Positions 49,589-62,094 of a stretch of DNA of 64,000 nt are shown here, one piece after another. This DNA is from Moniliella sp. 'wahieum' (Eukaryota). The position numbers and the translations under genes were made by a program. A model generated the notes under the pieces. It was given only the letters and a program-made list of their open reading frames with translations. It was not told the DNA's origin and ran no database searches. The stretch's first letter is position 1; the number at the start of each line of letters is the position of its first letter. The stretch is from contig RSEE01000012.1 of NCBI GenBank assembly GCA_003971905.1, forward strand, positions 806,001 through 870,000, read 5' to 3'.

Positions 49589-50355
49589 AGTTTTCAGTAG
49601 ACGCAGCCAGGGGGCCAGTGTCTGCCTCAGCTCCAGCTGCGCTTCGGCCCCGCGCCCAGCCGCCCAGTAACTAGTAACTAGTAACCCAGCCGCCTAGCCT
49701 TGGCGGCACGCCCCTCTCCTCTCATGTCACGTGTCCACGCCACACATCACACACCACGCATCACCCGTCAGTACTCCGTACCAGTGCGTCAGCCCGCGGC
49801 AGCAAAGTGCAACTTTCACCCCCACCCCCTCTCTCGCCAAGCATCCACCACCAGCCATCGGCACATCACCCCACCCCATCACCTCTCCCGTACCACCCCC
49901 AGCACGCACAACGCCCCCATCGCACCCCCCTCCCCCCCCCCTCCCCCTCCCCACGCTCCCCTGTCCCTCCGCTGGCACCACATTTCAGGGTGTGACACAC
50001 GTGGCCGTTCCTCGGCTGCGAATCGCTGCATGCTGTCGGGCCTCTTGTCCAATCTGAGGCGGTAGAATACGAGTGTCCAATTACTTCCCACCGTCTCTTC
50101 TCAGGCACGCAATGCAAGAAAGCGCGCGAACTGCTGCAATGACAATGCGACTGAGGCACCCAGTATGGTGAAACATCAGCTCCAAAATCGAGTCAGTCGC
50201 AAGGGCAAATGTGGGGTAAATTGAAATTCCTAATGGCGGAATCAATGCCCAACCAACTCCCTGTCTGGTGTCGGCCCGTTGAAACACTCGGCGGATGCAC
50301 GCAGCGGCGCCATCGCCATCCTGCCGTGTCTTCTCCCCAATACCTCCCCCTCCCA

Positions 50356-52216
50356 TGCTGAGCTGCCCGATACGCCCATTGGCTGTTCGGGCGGGTGCTC
50401 GCCGTCTTATGCTGCCCTCGCTTCCCCGCCGAAGGTATGCTACCAAGTCTTCCGATCTCCAGAAAGCCAAGGAAAACCTCAAGCAAGCCCGCCAACGAGC
50501 TCGCGGCCTCGTGCACGACGACAATGGTTCGATGCCGGTCAAGCGAGCACGCTTACCGGTCATGTCGGAGGAAACACTCAATGCAGAGCTTCTCAGAATG
50601 ATTCGTACCGATGGACCGATGCCCGTCGATCGATTCATGCAGACCATCAACGACGCGCTCCCTCGAGCGGTGGGCTGGCATACCGGCGATCTTTCCGACC
50701 CTGCCCTCGAAGGGATTGGTCGACCGACACGTATGGACCCGTTGCTTTTGCCATGTCGATAGCCTTTTTTTTCAGCTTGAACAACCTTTCCTATCGCATT
50801 CGCTGCTCCGACCGAGGCGAGCCCGTTGGCCTCGGTCCCGCCTTGTCTTTCCCTTCCCGGACGAATCGGTGCTGCCGGAACTGGTGGTGATGACGTGTGG
50901 CACGTTTGACTCGCTGGAATCGTCACTGCGGATGATTCAGCTGGTCGAGCCCAATCGCGCCCGAAGGCAAGCCCGCGTCGAACCTGCGCCGCGTGACCGA
51001 TTCCTGGGGCCGCAAACTGGTGCTGATCGAGCCGGGCCAGATCATGCCGCCACCGCAACGACACGAATTGTATATTCAATGGTTTAGTTCGCTTGACGAG
51101 GTTCCTCTCACGCCCGAGTACTGGACCATGGTCTTTGCCCAGGACTACCTTTCTGGTCTTCCCGTTCGCCTCGCTGCACGCGATGGCGGCGAGTTTCGCG
51201 AAGCGTTTGTCACCCTCTCCCCGCAGGATCCGAAGCAATTTGCGCTGGGCATGCGTTCCATTCCACTTGAAAAGTCACCTTGGTCCGCGCAGGACGCTCG
51301 GCCCAACTGGCTCCGGCCAGGCAGCCTGGGCATCGTGCCCCAAGAATGGCCAAGGTCAGCCAACGCCTCGCGGAGATTACCGCGGGCCGGTCCAACTTGT
51401 CTCCGCGCGGCCGGGCGGCGCAGCCGGCCGGGCCGGACGTTCGGTTGAAAACTTGATTGTCGAACGAAGTAACCGACGACAACGTCGGCTGGACCGGCGC
51501 CCGACCGACATTGATCCTGGTGCGGCCGAGAGTGTGGGTGGGGTGGCGCTGCTGATTGAGCCTACGACGTCGAGTTGAACAGACGTTGCCCTTGGCGCGC
51601 ACACCGGGCAAGACGGGCAGCGGTTTTTTATGCAGAGCCCCGGCGTTACAACCTTGCGGTGCCGGCGGACGTGCCGACGTTTGAAACGAGCGTGGCAGCC
51701 ATCTCGCGCGTTTCCACCCACACGGATACCCTCCGCTCGTTCTTGTCTGACATGCGGTTCGATACCTTGGTGCAATCGGTCGGGGTGGAAGTGGCCAAGG
51801 AGGTGCTCCGTTCGGCGCGCAACATGACGTTTGATGGCCAACGGTACAGCGCGCTAGCCATCGAGGCAGCGCCCTTTAGCCTCACGCACCACCGCCACTT
51901 TGTCGCCGCACGACAAAAAGCCGAATGGGCAGCCAAGAGGGGCGAAGGCGTGCAATCCGAAAAGGCTGTCGCCGAACTGGAACGCGCCAACGAATCTACC
52001 ACCGACTGCCTCTTGCCCTTTGTCCCGCCGCCGTGGCTGGACAAAGCGCTGCAGGCCCAGATGGGCTCCACCTCCGACGACGGCGTCAGCCCAAGCGACC
52101 TCTTCTCCGACCGCATGCGCAGGCTCCGCCTCTTTTCCACCATCATGGGCTACTTTACCATTGCCCAGTTGGCTTACATCTTCGTCAACGATCCCACACC
52201 TGGCGCCACGCCTTGA
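50356..52216 (+). CDS. NDUFAF7/MidA-like mitochondrial methyltransferase-fold protein, divergent (frameshifted)
   Basis: Presequence-like start; IRTDGPMPVDRFM; IQLVE; IQWFSSLDEVP...TMVFAQDYLSGLPV; FREAFV; FLSDMRF; GQRYSALAI. The motif order follows MidA. Confidence 0.65.
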
Positions 52217-52353
52217 ATCCATCGCAATACCAAACATACTAGGGCCACAGCTTCTTCCAGGCTATCGATCATTAATCATTGCCTTAGACAGCGCCCACTT
52301 CTAACGACGCACATCTCGCGGCGCGACATACATGCATTTGCCGGCCAAAAAAG

Positions 52354-52448
52354 TGACTTCGCCCGGGATCGAACCGAGGACCTTATCCGTTAACTCAGGC
52401 ACAGGGCCACTGTTAAGGATACGTGATAACCACCTACACCACGATGCC
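52354..52448 (-). tRNA. tRNA-Val(AAC) with 21-nt intron
   Basis: Exact reverse complement of the 58035-58129 copy, followed by an oligo-T terminator. Confidence 0.95.
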
Positions 52449-52690
52449 ATCTGTTATGGTGAAGGATAAGGTTCTTTTTCCTCCTCAGCCCTTGGTGGGG
52501 GAAGTGTAGATGAATGAATGGATTCCCAGTTAGATTCGCCTTCTAGGACTCAGAACTAGGAGCTCAAGGTCTAAACTCATAAATCGTTCAAACCAAAGAC
52601 GATGCGCCTGGTGTGGGTGTGGGGAGCACTAGGATCATATCGTACACCAACCACCAAAGCGCTGGGCGAGCCCCAGAGGCCATGAGCTCG

Positions 52691-55528
52691 CTACAGACTG
52701 CTCGGCAGCGTCGTCGAAGGCACAAGCCCCAGTTCGAACGGATTGAGCCACAGCGGGTCCGCCAAGATGGCTTCAATCGGCAACCCCGACGAGTCCCCGG
52801 CGGTCTGGACCAAGCGGCTCAGGAAGGCAGTCGTCAGCGGGTCCACCTCCGTCTCGGCAGTTGGGTCCAGCGGCACACCACTTTGGTCGGCAAGTGGCAA
52901 GGCCAGCGCGGCATCCGCAACGGCGTTCGTACCTGTCCCCGAGGTGGAAGTGCTGCGGGACGCAGCGGTGGCACCTGCCTGCTGGCAGCCGAGACGGGCA
53001 CGGGGAAGGTGCGATGCCAGCCATTGCGCCTACAGTCTCGCCACCACGGCCATTGCCATTGTCATGGCCATTGGCGTCAGTGGACGAGGGGGTGCTGAGC
53101 CACTTGTCGACGCCGTCGAGACCCCCGTCACAACCCCAGCATCCTGCGTCATGCCCCCGCCATACAGGTGGCCGACCATATCGGAAGAGTAGCGTTCAAT
53201 GTACGGTTCGACCGAGGCCTGGCCATCGCCATGCTGGCGATGCCGGCGCATGGCCAGGACCAGCAGCCGTTCCAATCGCTCGCCCGATAAGTTGAGCGAA
53301 GCAGCGCGCGGGTCCTGCTCCATCGGGCGGATGGGAGCGGTCTCCCTGCCTTCCTGTGGCGCTTGGGGGCGAGCTCGAGCTGCCAGCGCGTGTTGCGAAC
53401 ATGGCCACGACGGTAACTCAGATTGTCCAGCAGATCAATCAAAAAGGCCAGTTGGTCGTCGATGCTGTTGCCAAATTTGGAGAAGGAACGGCTGATCGAA
53501 TCAATGACAGGAAACGAGATGTGGCACGAGGTGCGCCAGAGCAAGTCAAAGATGAACACCAGGCCACTGTTGAACAACGCATGGCGATACCCCCAAGAAC
53601 GGATCATGTCTGGTTCACAACCACAAGCACGTTAGTCTCTTTCCCTGGAGAGAGGAGATGGCAATCGCACAAGCGAACAAAAGAAAGGAGACGTACTAAA
53701 CCCGTGGGTATAGCAGCGCTGCATCCATAAATCAGCATCCGAGCACTGGTCACCGAGCGCCACACTGAAAACGATTCGGGCGCCTTGCCCTCGAGGAAAA
53801 ACTGGTCATAGGCAGTGTCAAGATTGGTCGCCTGCTGGCCGTACAGTTGCACAGGGTAGGTCGTGTTGTTTGCCTTGCCATATCCGTTCAGAAGATACGG
53901 CATATGCAGAGAAAGAAGCAACGACTTGGCCGTACACGAGCAACGCCCCTTGACACAGCAGAAACGGAAGACGATCAAGCATCTGCCTTTCCAACGACGA
54001 CGATCGGCTTTTTTGGTTTCAATGCAAAGGTATCCCGGTCGTCGATCCACCTCGGCTTGGATTTTCTTGTCGTACTCAATCACTGTCGCATACGCCAGAT
54101 GGCTCCGCCGTTTGGCGTCGTGCACGCCCAAATCACACAATTGCGCGTCAAGTCCGCCAGAGCGAGGTAATACGGCCAGATGCACATGCGCCCTACCATC
54201 TCGGCATCCACATCTTGTTCCTTGATGGGCACGCAAGCGGCGAAATACTCGGGCGACAGCACATCTTGCAACTGACGTCCCACTCGGTGGTAAACGTGCC
54301 TGGGTAGAGCGTGTAGGAGCCATACGGCGCCGCGGTCCAATCTTGCGCGCACAGCGCCAACCACACCGACGCCTGTTCGTACCGATCCAGCGTCTGCGCA
54401 CCTTGCGACACCTTGCCCATCCGATCAAACCCTTGTTGCCGCTGCGCGCACGCACGCATCCAGAATTGCCGGATGGCCCGCCGGCCACCCGCTCAACGAG
54501 GAGCCAATGACGATCAGCAAGCCGGCTTGATCCGCAGCAAGACAGTTGCGGCCGACAGTCCGCCCGGACCGCGGTCGGTCATCGCCTGGGACGCATGGAA
54601 ACAATCAATGCCGGCCTGGGCGAGACGCTGCGACGCCAGTGTTTTCAGAGGTATCGTCGACGATGCCCCAGATGGCCAGGCGCGTGGGGGGAGACAGGTC
54701 GTAGACGGTAGACGTCACGGCGCAGATCCAAGCGAGGTAGGCAAGCCAGAAGGGCTGGTCGGACAAACACAGTCCCTAGGCCGTGACGGTAGAGCGTATC
54801 CAGGCGGGCGAACATGGTGCGGTGGTTGTAGATGGATTACGGGATAAAAGTGGCTTTGGTAAATACCAGCATGTTGACCGCCTGCTCTTGCTCTGGGGCA
54901 AGAGGTTGAGCGCCGAGGCGATGAGGGCCGCAGGCGAGCCCTCGGCCGCAGGCGGAGAAGCGACGGAGCCGAGGGTGTCGCAGACGCCAGGGGTCGCCCG
55001 CCACCCGCAAGTCGGCACTGGCGGCAGTTGCGGAGGAGGAGGAGGCGGAGCCACCTTGCAAACGGGCGTCGCTGACGGCGCACGGCCCAAGGGTGCCAGG
55101 CGTGGGTCGAGAAGGAGGCGGCAGACAGCGAGCTGGGCCCCCACTGGGACGTGGCGACAGCCACGCGTGCCAGGTCGTCCAGCCCGCCGCGAGACTCACG
55201 GTGGTGGGGAGATAGGCGGAGGCGGAGGCGGAGGCGGGGTCGGGAGGTGGAGAGGGTGGGGGGCGGGGCTTGCTGCGGCGGATGGTGACGGTGCCGGTGC
55301 GGACGCATTGGTCCGGGGGGATGTCGCGCAGTTTACAGGCGGAGCAGATGGGGTCTGGCGGTCACATCTGGGGGAGGGTTAGCGGGGCGGGGGCGGGAGG
55401 AGCAAGGCGGTGGACGCACTTGATCTTGCTTGCGCGGCAGTAGTCGCAGGCCAGCTGCGCGCGGCGGCGGCGGGGGCGGCGCAGAGGAGGCGGGGCGGGG
55501 GCGATGGCATGGCGGACGGATCGGACAT
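52691..55528 (-). CDS. Zn(II)2Cys6 fungal transcription factor (intron 55368-55419 plus others; frameshifts; 3' end approximate)
   Basis: After splicing and one homopolymer fix: RAQLACDYCRASKIKCDRQTPICSACKLRDIPPDQC (six Cys). Followed by a low-complexity linker, a helical middle region and an acidic/aromatic tail. Confidence 0.85.
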
Positions 55529-55950
55529 TGTGCGGAGAAGGCAGCAGTTAATAGCTGGTGGCGCCGCCCCCCAGCGGAGCCCGGTGACTGGTGGCCGTGG
55601 CGGTGGCGCCTCCCCATGTCCGCCACCGCCCGCAGCAGCCTCGGCGCTGCTCGCCGGACATGGCTCGGAGATGCGCACGCGCCTCGAAGCCGACGCCCGT
55701 CCTTCCCGCCCATCCATTGCACCGCTTCCGCCCACGGCCTGTCTTGCACTCTGGCCGGAATGCGAGGCGCCGGCGGGCCGGCAGGGCGCCGGCTACCGGC
55801 TACGTTGCGCTCTGCTCCCATGCGTCTTTTGCCCCACACGCACATGCCGGCGGGTCGGCGCGGCAGGGAGGAAGGTATAGGGTGGTACGGCAAACCCAGC
55901 TTCCTCTCCCGCCGCCTCCTCACCCTCCCCCCTCCCTCGCGCCCCGCCCC

Positions 55951-57632
55951 ATGTTTGCCCCCCCGCCTTGCCCGCCTCCCGCCCGCCCCTCCTCGCCGCT
56001 CCTGCCCGCTCCTTTGCCTCCGCCCCGGCCCCTCCCCCTTCAGCTGCCGCTGCCCGGGGGCGCGTCGCTGGAGCTGGCCCCCACCGCCGACGGCCTCCTT
56101 GTCTCCGCCCCCAGCCGCCCGCCACGCTGTCTCCTTTGCCTGGCTCCTCGACTCGGACCAGGGCGAGCAGAGCGTGCACGTGAGCAACAAGCAAAAGTTC
56201 CTCCACAGCTCCGACAACTGGGCCGCCCTTGCCCGCCGCGCCAACCCACACCCAACCCCTGGCCAGTGTGCCCCGCGTCGAGGGCTCCGACCTGCTCCTG
56301 ACCTTTGACCCGGCCGTCCAGCCTCAGAACGAGTTTAGCGTCAAGTTCTGCAACCATCCCCGCTCGCCTCCGCATCCGCCGCCCCACGCCAGGTTCGCAT
56401 CCCCCTGGCCTGGCTCCTCGCTCACACCAGCCCCGAAGCGTACGATCGTGGCACAGCGACGTGCTTGGGCTTGCCCAGCCTTGGACCGCTGCGTCCTTGG
56501 GCCACAACCGGCCAGCCAAGGATGCGCTCCGTGTCGGGCGCCCGGCTCCTCTCCCTCTCCGCCTGCCGCGGGCCCCCTCTTTGCCGACTGGCGTACCATC
56601 GTCTCGCCTGATCTCGACAAGGAATATGCTTCTACCATGATCCCCTGTCCCCACCCGACTCGCCCGAGGGTGGCACGGCTGGAAGCGCTTTATCGCTTGG
56701 TCTTCTCGTGCTGCACGATGGATTTGCCTTTTTCCAGAACGTTCCCGTCGGGCCCAAGGCGTCTGTGCCGGCCAACCCGGCGCCGACAGGCAAGTCGACA
56801 GGAACGAGCGAGTCGAGGTGGCCATGTTGTACCACGTTGCGCGCACGTTGGGTGAGATCCGTGCGACGTTTTACGGCACGCATCTGTGGGACGTGCGCAG
56901 TGTGCGCAACTCGCTCAACGTTGCCTACACCAATGCTGACTTGGGTTTCCATGCCGACCTGTGCTACTTTGCCAACCCGCCCCGGTTCCAGTTACTGCAC
57001 ATGCTCAAGAACGAGGTGCATGGCGGGGAAAGTCTGTTTGTGGATGGGTTTGCGGTGGCGCAGGAACTGTACCAGCGTTCGCCGACGACTTTGACCTGCT
57101 GACCAAGGTGCCCGTCACGTTCCACTACCAGAACGATGGCCGGTACTACCGCTATGCGCATCCGACCTTGAGCTCGCCCGCCCGGAAGGCGGTATGGCCG
57201 GCAGTTCCACCAGTACCACGCCTGCGAGCGGGTCCATGCCGCGTCTGGCCGCGATCAACTACTCGCCTCCGTTCCAGGCGCCGCTACCTATCTTCCCGGG
57301 CCTCGGCACGCCCACCGGCAGCGACGACCCGGCCTTCCGTCGTGCGCTGCAGCACTTTGCCGACCTGACCCACGACGCTCGCTTCCACTTCCGCTACCAA
57401 ATGCAGCCGGGCGACTGTGTCGTGTTTGACAACCGCCGTGTGCTCCACTCCCGCACCGGGTTCGACTGGGACCAGACCCAAGCCGCCGAGGGAGACCAAA
57501 CGCTGGCTCAAGGGCACCTACGTCGAAGGCGACGCTGTCTGGTCCACCTACCGCGTCCTGCGCAGCCGCCTCGAAGCTGCCCGCCGCCCAGACTTGACTT
57601 GGAACCACGCAGACCACCCCCCGTATTCGTAG
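55951..57632 (+). CDS. Fe(II)/2-oxoglutarate dioxygenase, gamma-butyrobetaine hydroxylase/AIM17-like (TauD superfamily; frameshifted)
   Basis: IRATFYG..WDVRS; NVAYTNADLGFHADLCYF (HxD); PPRFQLLH; GGESLFVDGF; INYSPPFQAP; FDNRRVLHSRTGF (distal His); RWLKGTY. Confidence 0.92.
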
Positions 57633-58034
57633 CCCCCTTGCTTAGAGCGAAGGCCGCGCAAACGCGCTCGGCCCCTCGAGGCAAGCCATGGTATGCTCAG
57701 GATCAACTTCCCGATCTCGATTCATTGGTCGTCTCATCGTAGCCGAGCTGTTCCTCCGATACAAAAAAAGTCTGTTGTAGGATAGCGCATGGGAGCATTC
57801 TACGCCGTCGGCGGTCGGGGTTGGACCTGAGCTGCCACAGTACTGGCTTTGCACCTCACCTGCGGCCAGATACCCAACCTACGGTCCGGCCCAGACTCGA
57901 GTCGCTTCTTGGCCTCACCATGGAGTGGAATCTGCCTGGCGTCGGATCGAGGTCCTGGGGTAGGAAGGCGAGAGCAGGGCGCCCATGGCGTTATAGACAT
58001 GGTGTGGATGTACCGTGTACGAGCCTATGCATAA

Positions 58035-58129
58035 GGCATCGTGGTGTAGGTGGTTATCACGTATCCTTAACAGTGGCCCTGTGCCTGAGTTAACGGATAA
58101 GGTCCTCGGTTCGATCCCGGGCGAAGTCA
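58035..58129 (+). tRNA. tRNA-Val(AAC) with 21-nt intron
   Basis: GGCATCG TG GTGT AGGTGGTTATC AC G TATCC TTAACA[gtggccctgtgcctgagttaa]C GGATA AGGTC CTCGG TTCGATC CCGGG CGAAGTC A, then CTTTTT. Confidence 0.95.
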
Positions 58130-58378
58130 CTTTTTGAACCCACGCCTGACGTTACTTCTCTTTTTTGCCTGGCTGCCACGCCCCCACCGCTGGCCCCCTT
58201 GTGGTAGCCAGACAAATAATGTTGTCACCGGATGTGCCCAGGCTCTCCTCCCTCTCCTGTCCAGCCACCGGCAAGGATGAGACGCTGCCCCCGGTGGAGT
58301 GCCAACAACGTGCAAGCAAAGCGAGCCAAAGGAGGCGAAAGACGAAACGGGGCGTAACGGCGGTTACCTAAGCAGACT

Positions 58379-60493
58379 ATGAATCGCAAGCATTGCTTGG
58401 CGTGGCCCAAACGGGGGTGAGCCAGGAGGAAAAGTTGACACCAACATCCCGCCGGGCCATCCCAACCGCGGTCCCATCACCTTGGCTTGTGTTTTCCTTC
58501 CTTGCCCTGAGCGCCTCGTCCGCCTCTTGTTTCGATGGCTGATCCCTCTCTCCCACCTCGCCCTGGCACCTATGCCCCGCAGCAGCAGGCGACCACCCTT
58601 TTTGTGGTTCCATTTCCCAAGGCGTCAACGAGGCCTGGCTCCACGCGCTGTTTGAGGTAAGCTCCTTCTCCTGTCTCCCGAGCGTCTCTTGCTGACCCCC
58701 CCCTTGTTCTCTCTAGGCCTGTGGCACCGTTCGATCCGTCAAGCGGCCCAACCCCGCCTTTGCCTTTGTCGAGTACGTCGAGCCGGCTTCGGTGGCCCAA
58801 GCGCTGCGCGTCCTGGCCGGGCGGCAACTTCCCTCGCTCCCGCCCGGCGCGGGGCCGAGCAAAGCGCTGACAGTCAAGGCGGATGCCAAGACAACCGCCT
58901 ATATGGACCAATGGCGAGCCGGGGCGGATGGGCGGCGGCAGAGGCGGACGATGGTGCGCATGCAGGCGCGTCGGAACGTGTGGACTCCTTAGTGGCCGCC
59001 ATGGCGCGCGGCGATGCCCGCCGCCGATCGCTGCGGACCCAGGCTTGTCTGCGCCGGTTGCGACGGCAGTGCAGGACGACGCACCGGGTCATCTGCAGGA
59101 CCTGGACAAGACCCATATTCCGGATGAGATGCGTGGGTCGATTTTGGGCGAAATCGCCGCGTTCCGCAACACGGCCGCGGTCAAGGCGCAGGAACAACGT
59201 CGTTCCGACGCCGTCCGGGCTGCTGCGCTGGAACGCGACAGAATGGCGCGCGAACAGAGGGAACAACGCGAGAAGCGACAGATGCAGCAGTATGGCCCGG
59301 GTGCGGTGCGGGCGGCTACCCCGATCGTCCGTCCGGCCATGGTTCGATGGGCTGGGGCAACCGTTCCCCTTATCCTCCCCGCGGTCACGATGCCTCTGCA
59401 TCGCCTTCCCGCACGCCCATGGAGAGTGGAATCGATCCGATTGAACGGGACGAGGTCGACGAGGAACTTCGTCGACAGCAAGCCGAGGTGACCAAGCGAG
59501 CGACGCCAAAGCCGTATGTTATGTTCACCGCCTCCTTCTTCCCATTCTTCTCTTTCTGATACTAACATTCGTTCGCGGACTAGGCTGAACGACGGTACCT
59601 TGAGCACGAAGAGCGTCGGATTGCTCGGTGGAAGCAGCTGGACGCGGATGAGGAGTGGCGCGCCAAGAAAATGGAGCAGGCAGCGGTGCGACAAGAACAA
59701 AAGATGGCTGCATACGATGAGCCAGCGAGCTGTTTGTCACAGATCGCGCGCGGTGGCGGGAAGCGCGCGCCCAGTCGCGAGACCAAGAGCGCGCGCACGA
59801 CGAGCTGTTGAGGCAAGAGGATGAGCAACTGAAGAAAGAGCAGAGGAGCGCAACGATCGCCGAAGAACAACGAGCCGCTGGCGTCCTCTTGCCCCAAACT
59901 CTCAACCAACCCATCCGCATTTCCTTGGCCAAGAACCATCCCGCTTTGGACGGCACCACGACGGCGGAACCGACATCGATTCCGTCCCCTGTTCCTGCGG
60001 TTACCGGCGCAGGCGCCATGGCGCAGGAGGCTACTGCGGTCGATCAGGCTGCGCTGAACAACAACGCGCTGCGCTGCCCACTGCCTTGGAGGAAATCAGC
60101 ACCTACACCCCCAATTGGGCCCGCGTGGCCGAGCGACAGGAAGAATACCGCGCGTGGATTGACGCAAAGGTGACCGAAGCGATGGAAGAACCCGTCCCGG
60201 AATTGGTCGAGGCCCTGCTGGAGAAAATGAGGGCCCAGGCGTCCGCATCGAAATGGTGGCAGAGGTGGAACTGGTACGTGTTTTCTTTGCTTGGATACTG
60301 GGGATTGCCTACCTCGGTCTCTTACCTTACCTTCATGGTCCTGGTCCTGGTCCTGGTTCGGGTACTGGTTCTTCCCCGAATCTTGATGGCTTGGTCCTGA
60401 CACTGACCGGATGTTCTCTACCAGGCATTGGACGAGGACGCTGTGCCGCTCGTGGCGGCCTTGTGGCGCCGGCTGGTTGCCGATTCGTTGTGA
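58379..60493 (+). CDS. SNU71: U1 snRNP-associated RRM/PWI protein, RBM25/Snu71-like (introns 58657-58716, 59514-59583, 60274-60424)
   Basis: RRM GSISQGVNEAWLHALFE|ACG...FAFVEY...LTVKADAKT; Arg/Glu-rich middle; PWI-like WIDAKVTEAMEE..PELVE...ALDEDAVPLVAALWRRLV. Confidence 0.82.
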
Positions 60494-61059
60494 CCGGGAG
60501 GACAAATGTAAAGAAGGCACGGCGTGGTGGCATCGTCGGTGTCTTGTGTGGATCACGAGTAATCTATACAATGGCCTGTCTTCTGCAATTTGGAGGACGC
60601 GGATGGCTATGCCTCTCTCTTGCCGAACCGGTGTAATATTGTTCATGTGCGTATTCCCATCGTAGAAAGTCCCAGATCGTGGTTTACCTCCCTTCAGGAA
60701 GGATATTCAACGTTACTGCTCGGGTCCTATCTCGCGTGTAATGATCTGTCTGCCAATTCCAATCACCCTGGACTCCTTGGATCGGCATCCTTCACGATTC
60801 AACACTCCATCCCACATGTTTGGAGGGATATCGTCATAATCATAAGCAGGCCAGGCGAGTCCCTGGCGCAGTTTCGGCCAAGGTGGGAAGGGCGCGCCTG
60901 AACCGGGGCCCGAAGCTAGCTGGGCAGCAAGCTTCGAGGCCGAAGCTATCAATTGGTCCAGACCCGATTGGGTCCTCGGCACATCCGAGCAATCCCACTT
61001 GGCCCCGCCTGGTCGAGAGAGGGCTTCAATGCGCGCCTTGCGTGGCTATGGATCAGGCA

Positions 61060-61423
61060 TCATGCGAGAAGCAAGAGCTCGCGCACGGCCGCCTCCAACG
61101 AGCCATGGTGCTTGGCCAAAATCGCCTCCGCAGCCGGGGGGGGCAAGAGCAGGTTCTTGTGCTTTGGCAGGTAAGGGGTGATGGAGTCAGACGCAGGAAC
61201 AGGGGGTGTACCGGAGGGAAAGAAGGCAAGTGCGTACCAGGTACTCCACATCGTCCTTCTTGACTGACGCGGGGGTGGGTTTGGGCACCAGGTCGCTGGG
61301 CAGGCGCGCGGCCTGGAGACCGACACAGACGGACTTCATGTGCTTCTCGAGCGAGGAGCGGGTAAAGGTCCACGTCTCGCCCGCGGGCGCATCCGCAAAG
61401 TTCTGCACCACTTGGTCCGACAT
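61060..61423 (-). CDS. HYPK-like small protein with UBA-like C-terminus (intron 61162-61237)
   Basis: In-frame splice gives ...SVKKDDVEYL|HKNLLLPPPAAEAILAKHHGSLEAAVRELLLLA*, matching the HYPK/NAC UBA pattern. Confidence 0.7.
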
Positions 61424-61557
61424 GGCGATGGTCGTGGCTCACTCTGGCCTCGGGCCAACCAAGCACCTGGCCGAAGCCAAGGCGGGTCGAGTAAGAACCC
61501 CCGCTTGTTCCGCCCTCTTGTTCCGCTGCACTACTGCCCCCACGAGCAAAACAACGA

Positions 61558-61648
61558 CGCCCCACGTGGGACTCGAACCCACAACCGCTTCATTGCAGAT
61601 CAGATGGGACCTTAGAAGTGAAGAATGGTAGCATTGCAACAGCAGGGC
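61558..61648 (-). tRNA. tRNA-Arg(TCT) with 19-nt intron and aberrant D-arm
   Basis: GCCCTGC...CTTCA CTTCTA[aggtcccatctgatctgca]A TGAAG CGGTT GTGGG TTCGAGT CCCAC GTGGGGC G. The acceptor, anticodon and T stems pair; the D-stem does not. Confidence 0.85.
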
Positions 61649-62094
61649 CGAATCAATGCAAGCCCCAATGCGGGTCGGGTATATCCGTCCTCGTCGCCTT
61701 CATCTCCACCATGGCCAAGCTGGAATGAACAAGCCCTACTACAATGGAAGAGCGTTTTCCCGTTGGTTGCATCACATGTGACTGTCCGAGGCGGAAACGC
61801 CAGGCGCTAGCTTTGTGAAATTTGAGTAGCCTTGGTTCGTGGGATACTTCCGCGCTTCGGCAGGGCGGATTGAACGTTTGACCTTTTGTGTCCGCTCAAC
61901 GCTCGCAGGCGAGACAGATTGCAAAGCCAAGTGGAAAAAAATGTGCCGCAGTGGCACATCAGGGTTAGCCCAGGCTGCCCCTACGCCTGTGGTGCTCCCA
62001 CTCGCTGGCCACTAGGGTTACCTCGTTGGCTCGCCTGGCTTTGAGCTGGCTTCGATCGCCCGCGCCGCCCCTTTCTCGACTACCCCCCACCACC

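Noticed and set aside
52354..58129. Inverted repeats as transposon terminal repeats
   Set aside because: The repeats are complete tRNA genes, no transposase lies between them, and no target-site duplication is evident.
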